A stretch of DNA of 32,055 bases from a virus (taxonomy: Duplodnaviria > Heunggongvirae > Uroviricota > Caudoviricetes), in IMG/VR virus record IMGVR_UViG_3300040810_000833, positions 64,001-96,055 of that record; one strand, 5' to 3'. A model generated the notes under the pieces. That model saw nothing but the letters and a program-made list of their open reading frames with translations. It ran no database searches and was not told where the DNA came from. Below, in pieces: positions 25,372-31,888 of the stretch. Each line of letters begins with the position of its first letter. Position 1 is the first letter of the stretch. The translations under genes and the position numbers were made by a program.

Positions 25372-25519
25372 AAAGAGAGGTAACATTCGGTGCGAGAATT
25401 TTTAGCGTGCTACCGTTACACTACCGACCCACCAGCACGACGGCGGTGGACCAGGCTGGATTCGAACCAGCACAGCTCGATTAACATTCGATGAATCTCA
25501 CATCTTCGACACTCTCTTT
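25372..25519 (-). ncRNA. yrlA: YrlA-type Y RNA with a permuted tRNA-like domain
   Basis: GTCGAAG Ro60-binding motif in the terminal stem; T arm GCTGG-TTCGAAT-CCAGC, loop-closed acceptor stem, D arm TA-GTGT-AACGGTA-GCAC in T-acceptor-D order; near rsr and rtcB. Confidence 0.85.
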
Positions 25520-25525
25520 GTCTCA

Positions 25526-25774
25526 TTATAGACAAACTGTTTTGTTTGTCAACTGCTTTTCTACGATTTTTTCATTTTCATAATTATTTCGCCGCCTATC
25601 AAATGAATCAGAAATGTACGATGTTGCAACGGCAAACTGAAAGGCGAATGCGATACAGGCTGCGTAAAACGCAGCCTCTGCCCAGTCGCTCTCTTGTTCC
25701 GAAAGCCAGTTAATCAAAAATGGCGACCCGACCAATACAGCATTGAATTGAAATGCATTAAATACTTTCATCAT
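25526..25774 (-). CDS. Hypothetical membrane protein
   Basis: 82 aa with hydrophobic segments, directly downstream of rtcB; GAGGA RBS. Confidence 0.55.
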   Translation of the reverse strand: MMKVFNAFQFNAVLVGSPFLINWLSEQESDWAEAAFYAACIAFAFQFAVATSYISDSFDRRRNNYENEKIVEKQLTNKTVCL

Positions 25775-25787
25775 TTTACTTTCCTCG

Positions 25788-26840
25788 CTATCCTTTAATG
25801 TTTAAAATTGGGCGAATATAATCCACCACATCAACAGAGTCCACCTGAAGTTCCATGACTTCAAAGATATTTTTATACGCCATCGGCGATTCGTCAAGGG
25901 TATCTTTAGAAATATTTGCACAAACGCCAATCATTTGCTGCTTAAATTCTTCAATAGATAGTTTTCTTTTTGCCTCTTTTCTTCCATAGACTCGACCAGC
26001 ACCGTGAGAAGACGAACATATCCAGTCTGGATTGCCCTTACCTCTAACAATAAATGATCCATCACGCATATTTCCAGGAATCACACCCATCATTCCGTCT
26101 TCGGCGTGCGTGGCCCCTTTTCTATGAATCCATCCTCCATCCTTTAGTTCTGCGTGATTGTGGTTGCGGTTTACGGTTTCGATTATATCTCCGTCAATAA
26201 CGCTTGCCGCAGCTTGAGCCATCGCGAGTCGCGAATCCAAGGCATATTGTAGGCAAAATGCAAGATCATTCATGTAGTCGTCATGATCCTGACTTCCAAC
26301 CTCTAGGTGTGCATTGCAGTTCTTAATGTACCAAGAGGCAACGGAATGACCAAAGCCCCTAGATCCGGAATGAACCACAACCCATAAATGATTGTCGCGA
26401 CCCCTACCGACTTCGACGAAATGATTACCCCCGCCAAGAGTCCCGAGTTGCTTCAAGAATTTTTCCTTTTGATCTCTCCAAACTCTAAGACCAGGTGTGT
26501 CTTCTGTCGGATCATCATATGTTCTAATTCTCTCGTGGCAATTAAAGCCTACTGGAATCAGTTTTTCAATATCTGACTTGATCTTTGCTGCTTTATTCTG
26601 ATCAATATCAGTCGTGCTGTCAAGCTTTAACGCAGTCATTCCACAGCCAATATCAAATCCAACCCATGCAGGAACAACGACACCATCAGTCTTTACAACA
26701 GCACCAATCGGCAAATCATACCCTTGGTGTGCATCCGGCATTAATGCCCCATCAATAGCGAAATCAAAAGACATGCAGTTATCCATCTGGGTAACGGCAC
26801 CTTCTTCAAGAATCTCTGCGTATACACGGTACTTTGACAT
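25788..26840 (-). CDS. rtcB: RtcB RNA ligase
   Basis: MPDAH.G, VGFDIGCG, TLGGGNHFVE, HSGSRG, HNH, HRKGAT, IPGNM, SSSHGAGR, DESPMAYK. Confidence 0.96.
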   Translation of the reverse strand: MSKYRVYAEILEEGAVTQMDNCMSFDFAIDGALMPDAHQGYDLPIGAVVKTDGVVVPAWVGFDIGCGMTALKLDSTTDIDQNKAAKIKSDIEKLIPVGFNCHERIRTYDDPTEDTPGLRVWRDQKEKFLKQLGTLGGGNHFVEVGRGRDNHLWVVVHSGSRGFGHSVASWYIKNCNAHLEVGSQDHDDYMNDLAFCLQYALDSRLAMAQAAASVIDGDIIETVNRNHNHAELKDGGWIHRKGATHAEDGMMGVIPGNMRDGSFIVRGKGNPDWICSSSHGAGRVYGRKEAKRKLSIEEFKQQMIGVCANISKDTLDESPMAYKNIFEVMELQVDSVDVVDYIRPILNIKG

Positions 26841-26884
26841 TGGTATTTCCTTTTACTGCTTTTGCCTTGCTTTGAGATCTGAAC

Positions 26885-26959
26885 TGACCCGTATGGGAAT
26901 CGAACCCATGAACTCCAGGTTGAAAGCCTAGTATTTCTACCAGCAGAAACTAACGGGCC
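26885..26959 (-). tRNA. tRNA-Glu(TTC)
   Basis: CTAGG-CT-TTC-AA-CCTGG, GGCCCGT/ACGGGTC acceptor. Confidence 0.92.
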
Positions 26960-26968
26960 TTTTGGTGT

Positions 26969-26996
26969 ATTGTATCAAGCGAAAATCAATAGTCAA
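26969..26996 (-). promoter_or_regulatory. Promoter for the tRNA-Glu/rtcB/Y RNA transcript
   Basis: TTGACT-N16-TACAAT with TGn extension. Confidence 0.75.
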
Positions 26997-27011
26997 TGGA
27001 AGTCAAACAAA

Positions 27012-27084
27012 TTCAGGTGACAGGACTCGAACCTGCAACTTCTTGGTCCCAAACCAAGCACTCTACCAATTGAGCTACACCCGA
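27012..27084 (-). tRNA. tRNA-Pro(TGG)
   Basis: CTTGG-TT-TGG-GA-CCAAG. Confidence 0.93.
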
Positions 27085-27085
27085 T

Positions 27086-27168
27086 TACCAAGGGAGGGAC
27101 TCGAACCCTCACGCCCTTTCAGGCACCAGATCCTAAATCTGGCGTGGCTGCCATTTCACCACCTTGGC
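27086..27168 (-). tRNA. tRNA-Leu(TAG)
   Basis: CCAGA-TT-TAG-GA-TCTGG, long variable arm. Confidence 0.93.
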
Positions 27169-27183
27169 AATTATGGAAGAAGT

Positions 27184-27389
27184 AATAGTGCAAACGCACA
27201 CCTTCGGTCTCGACTAAAAGACCGTTTTCTATTTCGTCTATCCTTGCGTACAGCAAACCCCTGATGCTGAATCAAGCCCCTATATAGCAAGTCATGATTC
27301 AGCCAGTGTAATGCTCAGCCGTTAGCCCAGCCGGGCATTGCTAATTAGCAAAAACAAAGTTCAAGTGCTCCTATCAAAACCTCCACTAT
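27184..27389 (-). ncRNA. Candidate ~205-nt structured ncRNA inside the tRNA array
   Basis: Perfect stems GCTGAATCA/TGATTCAGC and CGGTCT/AGACCG, plus AATGC/GCATT, TGCT/AGCA and terminal AATAGTG/CACTATT; no supported ORF. Confidence 0.5.
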
Positions 27390-27460
27390 TTACTCCGCAG
27401 GGACTCGAACCCCAACTAACAGGACCAAAACCTGTGGTGCTACCATTACACTACGGAGTA
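27390..27460 (-). tRNA. tRNA-Gln(TTG)
   Basis: ACAGG-TT-TTG-GT-CCTGT, TACTCCG/CGGAGTA acceptor. Confidence 0.92.
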
Positions 27461-27461
27461 G

Positions 27462-27532
27462 AGGCACCAGCCGGGATCGAACCAGCAACGACTGTTTACA
27501 AAACAGTAGTTATACCATTTAACTATGGTGCC
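27462..27532 (-). tRNA. tRNA-Thr(TGT)
   Basis: ACTGT-TT-TGT-AA-ACAGT, GGCACCA/TGGTGCC acceptor. Confidence 0.92.
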
Positions 27533-27535
27533 AAA

Positions 27536-27607
27536 CAACACCCCTGAGAATCGAACTCAGCCAGTTTGATTTGGAGTCAAACTCGCCACCTTGGAACATT
27601 GGGTGCT
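27536..27607 (-). tRNA. tRNA-Trp(CCA)
   Basis: TTTGA-CT-CCA-AA-TCAAA, G73. Confidence 0.9.
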
Positions 27608-27611
27608 ATAG

Positions 27612-27684
27612 TACTCGCGGTAGGACTCGAACCCACAATCGGCAGGGTAGAAACCTGCTGCATTATCCATTATGCTACGCGAGC
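27612..27684 (-). tRNA. tRNA-Arg(TCT)
   Basis: GCAGG-TT-TCT-AC-CCTGC. Confidence 0.92.
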
Positions 27685-27689
27685 GTAAG

Positions 27690-27762
27690 TAGGGATGGTG
27701 GGAATCGAACCCACGACCAATGCTTTATAAGAACACTACTCTTACCACTGAGCTACATCCCC
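27690..27762 (-). tRNA. tRNA-Ile(TAT)
   Basis: GTGTT-CT-TAT-AA-AGCAT, GGGGATG/CATCCCT acceptor, A73. Confidence 0.9.
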
Positions 27763-27850
27763 ATTGCCGTGATAAGTGCCCTGATAATTCCTAGCCCATT
27801 CACCTTTAATAATGGAACTCTTAGTAGAAACAGCATTGCCTCCTAGAATC

Positions 27851-27878
27851 ATTATACCTTATTGATTGCTTTCGTCAA
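27851..27878 (-). promoter_or_regulatory. Promoter heading the tRNA array
   Basis: TTGACG-N16-TATAAT, overlapping the 3' end of the upstream ORF. Confidence 0.8.
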
Positions 27879-28173
27879 CAACTGTAAATACAAAATTTCC
27901 ATCCTCTCCGATGAGATAGTCTATTTCTCCGTTCTGAACCATTTCTTCCAGTGTCAAACCAAAAAGGTCCCTCTCCAAGTAAAGCCTGTTCATCGTGAAT
28001 GGGATCACTTGATAATGCTTATCGTCCTCATTTTCCAATCCCTTAACAAACTCAAGGTTTTCTTGAGCGGCGACCTCTTCTTCGAATACACCAGAAATAA
28101 ACATATTTACGTCACCCTCTCTGGTTTTTTGTGCCGTAACTACAACATATACCTCTCTGTCCATTATTCCCAC
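27859..28173 (-). CDS. Acidic hypothetical protein
   Basis: About 104-aa ORF overlapping the upstream stop. Confidence 0.65.
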   Translation of the reverse strand: MGIMDREVYVVVTAQKTREGDVNMFISGVFEEEVAAQENLEFVKGLENEDDKHYQVIPFTMNRLYLERDLFGLTLEEMVQNGEIDYLIGEDGNFVFTVVDESNQ

Positions 28174-28778
28174 CTTTCCTCAACAAACCAGTTCTTGAAT
28201 TCGCCCGCTGGCAAAATGATCCCCGGTTTGAACCCCATGTACTTGATTTTCTGTACTTTACCAGTATCTTCTGCGTCTGTCAAGAAGTGTTTTACTTGAT
28301 TTGGCGACATTATCGACCATCTGAGAACGTCAATACAGGATTCTATTTTTTCTATGTGTCTTTGTATTAGGATGTCTGCGTCTTGGTGGTAATCCCTTGG
28401 CTGTCTGAGTGTTATCGTCTCTTCTGAGGGATAAATGAATAGAATTCCTGCGTTTTCTCGAACATATCCTTTCAAATCTCCTACTTTTAGCGTCAACTTT
28501 CCATACGTTGGTGCCCACTTGATTTCGAGAGGCATATCTTTAACGGATAGTGCATGATATTCGATGTTTACCATGTAGTCCGCACCCGATGTTCGTCTTC
28601 CGTCCTCAATATAACCGCCAGTGTTGTCAACTCCATTCGATCTCGGCGAAGACACATTGATGTAATTTATGTTTCGGCACATAGCCATCCATCGATTGAA
28701 CCAGAACTCTTCAATCTTTGTGCCAATATAAATATCCCGCTTAAATCTATTTATGTCTCTACCGTCTCTTCTTGTCAT
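28164..28778 (-). CDS. Hypothetical, possible PD-(D/E)xK nuclease
   Basis: G..IEE....GADYMV...PLEIKW spacing resembles the restriction-endonuclease-like fold. Confidence 0.5.
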   Translation of the reverse strand: MTRRDGRDINRFKRDIYIGTKIEEFWFNRWMAMCRNINYINVSSPRSNGVDNTGGYIEDGRRTSGADYMVNIEYHALSVKDMPLEIKWAPTYGKLTLKVGDLKGYVRENAGILFIYPSEETITLRQPRDYHQDADILIQRHIEKIESCIDVLRWSIMSPNQVKHFLTDAEDTGKVQKIKYMGFKPGIILPAGEFKNWFVEERWE

Positions 28779-28832
28779 TTTTTTTACCTTGGTTTTATGT
28801 ATTTGGATAATGATTTCTGGTATGATCTCTGT

Positions 28833-29048
28833 CTATAAGCTGATCCAAGACCTAAGCTTCGCCCGACCCCAGACCTGGCCCTCGACCTGATCCTCGACCT
28901 GAAGACAGACCTGATTCCAGACCTGAAACCAGACCTGACTCCGGACCCGAATCTGGGCCTGATCCCAGATATGAAACCTGGCCTTATCCCAAGCCTGAAA
29001 CCGGACCTGATCCATGACTTGATCCTTGATTTGTCTAGCCGTTTTCAT
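28833..29048 (-). CDS. QVxx tetrapeptide-repeat protein, copy B (71 aa)
   Basis: MKTAR start, 15 tetrapeptide units; ATGA overlap with copy C. Confidence 0.75.
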   Translation of the reverse strand: MKTARQIKDQVMDQVRFQAWDKARFHIWDQAQIRVRSQVWFQVWNQVCLQVEDQVEGQVWGRAKLRSWISL

Positions 29049-29212
29049 TGGGCTTCCCTTCTTGTCTGACTACAAACCTGAATTCGGACCTGAAACCAAG
29101 TCGGGTCCAAGACCTGAATCCGGACCTGATCGACCTGACGCCAGACCTGATCCAAGACCTGATACAAGACCTGATCCGTGACCTGATCCATGATACGATT
29201 AGCTGTTTTCAT
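29045..29212 (-). CDS. QVxx tetrapeptide-repeat protein, copy C (55 aa)
   Basis: ATGAAAACAGCTAAT at 29212 (track start 29329 is upstream); one unit is shortened. Confidence 0.75.
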   Translation of the reverse strand: MKTANRIMDQVTDQVLYQVLDQVWRQVDQVRIQVLDPTWFQVRIQVCSQTRREAQ

Positions 29213-29462
29213 TAACAGCCCTATTCTTTCTGTTTTTGCCAGACGCCTCAATTTTTCCAACAAAACATAAAAAACAAAACGGTGGAGGAAATATGTCAAG
29301 TACTCGCTTAAAATGCCTGATCCTTCCATTTCTGTCTCTCAGCATGTAGTGTGTGACGGGTCTTCCTTTTGCACCAATTTCTGATCCATGAACAAAAATT
29401 TCGCCACCGTAGAACATTCTAAGAATCAAAGCCCAGCAATAACAGTTTCCAATGCAATACAT
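29199..29462 (-). CDS. Hypothetical protein
   Basis: 87-aa ORF ending NENS* across the MKTAN start of copy C. Confidence 0.45.
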   Translation of the reverse strand: MYCIGNCYCWALILRMFYGGEIFVHGSEIGAKGRPVTHYMLRDRNGRIRHFKRVLDIFPPPFCFLCFVGKIEASGKNRKNRAVNENS

Positions 29463-29464
29463 TT

Positions 29465-29686
29465 TTACTCCTTGGTCTGATCAAATACCATATCCATCAA
29501 TTGATCGTACTTATTTGCCGCACGTAGGTTTGTACGAATTTCCTCATATAATTTTTTTGGGAGAGTCATCATACCAGACTCGGCAAGTTTGTCAAGTGTT
29601 ATCTTTGTTGTTTTTCCGGATGGCGATTTTACAATGGCGTTACCGCCAATAACATTTATCGACCAGCCGCTAATTCTTATGGGCAT
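29465..29686 (-). CDS. Hypothetical protein
   Basis: 73 aa; AGGA RBS. Confidence 0.65.
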   Translation of the reverse strand: MPIRISGWSINVIGGNAIVKSPSGKTTKITLDKLAESGMMTLPKKLYEEIRTNLRAANKYDQLMDMVFDQTKE

Positions 29687-29764
29687 TTTAATCCTACTTC
29701 AAAAGAAAGTTCATCAGCATTTATATCCGTTATCGACAGTAAAAGAGAGGAATTGCTACTAATC

Positions 29765-29941
29765 TCATAGTTCATCCCCATCGATTATTCTTATGATGTA
29801 CTTCAAGGTGGCGACAGATGCTCTCGCCATGTCTTCGCCATGGTAATCATCGTGTTTCTGACAGTTATCAATTTCATCTCCGAGTCTGAATAACTCGGCA
29901 TCGATCTCATTTTTAAGATCCTGTATTGTCATTTCCCCCAT
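29765..29941 (-). CDS. Hypothetical protein (start 29941 or 29932)
   Basis: Acidic helical ORF MTIQDLKNEIDAELF...; the longer track ORF overlaps the upstream gene. Confidence 0.5.
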   Translation of the reverse strand: MGEMTIQDLKNEIDAELFRLGDEIDNCQKHDDYHGEDMARASVATLKYIIRIIDGDEL

Positions 29942-30209
29942 TTTTATTTTTCCTTTCTCTGCATTCGACGCATGGCTCAACCCTTTTAACGATATTACAT
30001 TCTGGGCATTTGTAGTTGTTTGGCTCCATAAAGCCAAAGATATGTCCCAAAATATAACCTAATACTATTAGAACTAGATTACTCTGCTGTCCTCCCATTT
30101 GTAAGAATCTGCTAATTGATGCATCCATCCCGCAGAATGCTATCAGATAGAGATCTAACAAACCAAGCCCGATAAAGCATGCCGTTATTATCATGTGTGC
30201 TGGTCTCAT
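29913..30209 (-). CDS. Membrane protein with C-terminal CxxC...CxxC
   Basis: Two TM segments, CPEC and CVEC; AAGGAG RBS. Confidence 0.65.
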   Translation of the reverse strand: MRPAHMIITACFIGLGLLDLYLIAFCGMDASISRFLQMGGQQSNLVLIVLGYILGHIFGFMEPNNYKCPECNIVKRVEPCVECRERKNKNGGNDNTGS

Positions 30210-30261
30210 ATTTTCTCCTTGTGTGAATAGGGAAAGGTTATGAAACTATATACACCTTAGC

Positions 30262-30510
30262 TTATTCAATTGTTTTTTCCACCTCTTCACGGAGCCAGTC
30301 TGGAATAAATGTCTGATCCCAGAACAGTCTCCAGGTCTGACCCCAGACTTGAAGCCAGGCCTGATCCCGGACCTGATCTTTGACCTGATTCTCAACCTGA
30401 TTCCAGACCTGATCGTCGACCTGATCCACGACCGGATCGTCGACCTGATTCCAGACCTGATCCCTGACCTGATAGGTGAACTGGTTCCTGACCTCATTAG
30501 CTGTTTTCAT
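30262..30510 (-). CDS. QVxx tetrapeptide-repeat protein, copy D (82 aa)
   Basis: MKTAN start, about 16 tetrapeptide units. Confidence 0.75.
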   Translation of the reverse strand: MKTANEVRNQFTYQVRDQVWNQVDDPVVDQVDDQVWNQVENQVKDQVRDQAWLQVWGQTWRLFWDQTFIPDWLREEVEKTIE

Positions 30511-30603
30511 TTATTTCCCCCGAACATGAAACCAGACCTAGTTGAAGAGCTACTCCGAGGGCTGATTATAGATATAACGCCAAATGTATTTAGTCGTTCT
30601 CGT
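30511..30603 (-). pseudogene. Decayed QV-repeat gene remnant in frame with copy D
   Basis: ACG AGA ACG ACT AAA (decayed ATG AAA ACG GCT), then YIWRYIYNQPSE*LFN*VWFHVRGK*; TAA directly abuts the ATG of copy D. Confidence 0.55.
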
Positions 30604-31138
30604 TGTTTGTCACCTTGGGTTCTTCAGACGCCAACATTTCATTCCACCATCTAGGTGATTGTCTGCACTTATTCCATTCGCACTGGATATTTTTTCGCTT
30701 GTCGTAGAAGTAGTAGTTACGATACGCAACAACCGCTGACGCATCGCGATACTCATCTGGCATGGCTTGGGCAAAAGGAGTCATACTACCTTCTGGAATT
30801 ATGTCGGACATTGTTGCGATCTGCCGTATACCGGCACTACAAGCATGTTCCTTGCCGTATCGCTCAGTATATTCTTCCGCTAAAGCAATAGCGTGCCATG
30901 CCGCCCATTCAAAATTACTGCGTGAATCACCACACCATTGAGTGCAAGGATGGTGATGATAACCGCCACGAAGTGGCCTGCCTGACTGAGTGAGTGGCAT
31001 TTGACTGTCTGTCGCACCATGTCGTCGTAGAGCCGATCCAAGCTGCTGATATAGTTCTACCACCATCTTTACGCAGTGCTTGTCACAGTGCATTTCTGCC
31101 GCTTCTAGGGGGTCATACGATAAAGCAAAGATATTCAT
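30590..31138 (-). CDS. Pyrimidine-dimer DNA glycosylase / endonuclease V-like (DenV-like) protein
   Basis: MNIF.L..DP..AA..HCDKH.VKM..E..Q.L and HHPCTQW motifs; GGAGG RBS. Confidence 0.75.
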   Translation of the reverse strand: MNIFALSYDPLEAAEMHCDKHCVKMVVELYQQLGSALRRHGATDSQMPLTQSGRPLRGGYHHHPCTQWCGDSRSNFEWAAWHAIALAEEYTERYGKEHACSAGIRQIATMSDIIPEGSMTPFAQAMPDEYRDASAVVAYRNYYFYDKRKNIQCEWNKCRQSPRWWNEMLASEEPKVTNNEND

Positions 31139-31139
31139 G

Positions 31140-31415
31140 TCACCTCCAACTTCTGACTCTCACAATAATGTTTCCGCTACGAGCAGTTGCGTCACCAGTC
31201 AGACGCATACTGCTATATGGTACACATGTGTTCGGCATTTGTCCAGAAAAATTCCAGCCAACTCCTTCAAAATTCCCAATAGTGGGGCCAACATGACGAA
31301 ACTGACGATGAGCGAGCATATAATCAGCTTCTGCCTGACATTTCATTTGGTCTGTCATGTTGCCCGACCAGATAGATGGTAGTATAAAACAAATTATTGT
31401 CAATCCTTTGAGCAT
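31140..31415 (-). CDS. Small exported hypothetical protein
   Basis: Signal-like N-terminus; H-V-G...EGVG resembles a truncated CAP/SCP domain (weak); AGGAGG RBS. Confidence 0.6.
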   Translation of the reverse strand: MLKGLTIICFILPSIWSGNMTDQMKCQAEADYMLAHRQFRHVGPTIGNFEGVGWNFSGQMPNTCVPYSSMRLTGDATARSGNIIVRVRSWR

Positions 31416-31486
31416 GAGTTCCTCCTAGTTTTATCGATTGAACAAGGTTAAAGAATATACAACAGCCCGAATTTCATAAACTCCTC

Positions 31487-31888
31487 CTAGAAAAATTCTT
31501 GTCCAGACGGATTTTCTGACCAAAACCTGTCAGGATCTTTAATGAACTCAATAAGATGTCGCCCAGGGTGTGGTTCGTGTCCAGGTTTACCCCCATACTC
31601 TGTCGGTGTGTAAAAGTTGAGGTACAAAAATAAAATCAATTGACATAAAGTCAATACAATCACAACGTTTTTATACTTTGTTTTCCTTATGTATACGAGG
31701 ATAATTACGATAAATATCGTGGTGAACGACTTGATTGTAACGAATGACGAAATACCCCAATTCTTAATGATATACATCGCTACCGGATTTTGCTCAAGCA
31801 TGTAAACATCCATTGGATAAATTATCGTCATGTAAATATCATAAACGCTAACTAAACCAATTATGAGGCAACATAATAAATACATCAC
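31487..31888 (-). CDS. Three-TM membrane protein (DUF5658-like)
   Basis: D...T....EQNP.A motif followed by TM helices; family name from memory. Confidence 0.55.
   Translation of the reverse strand: MMYLLCCLIIGLVSVYDIYMTIIYPMDVYMLEQNPVAMYIIKNWGISSFVTIKSFTTIFIVIILVYIRKTKYKNVVIVLTLCQLILFLYLNFYTPTEYGGKPGHEPHPGRHLIEFIKDPDRFWSENPSGQEFF

Noticed and set aside
22322-27846. Track ORFs overlapping tRNA, tmRNA and Y RNA genes (22629-22898, 24883-25101, 26962-27264, 27338-27547, 27571-27846)
   Set aside because: Shadows of structured RNA genes on the opposite strand; no RBS or protein motifs
13410-30603. TAG reassignment to Gln (code 15), suggested by TAG at Gln positions in QV remnants
   Set aside because: Conserved genes have no internal TAG, nrdA and others end at TAG at the expected place, and no CUA-anticodon tRNA is present; CAG>TAG transitions in decaying genes suffice
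13414-30654. Alternative-frame and antisense ORFs over QV repeats (13414-13680, 30246-30497, 30349-30654)
   Set aside because: These frames are automatically stop-free because of the fixed repeat bases; they lack the conserved MKTA start and RBS
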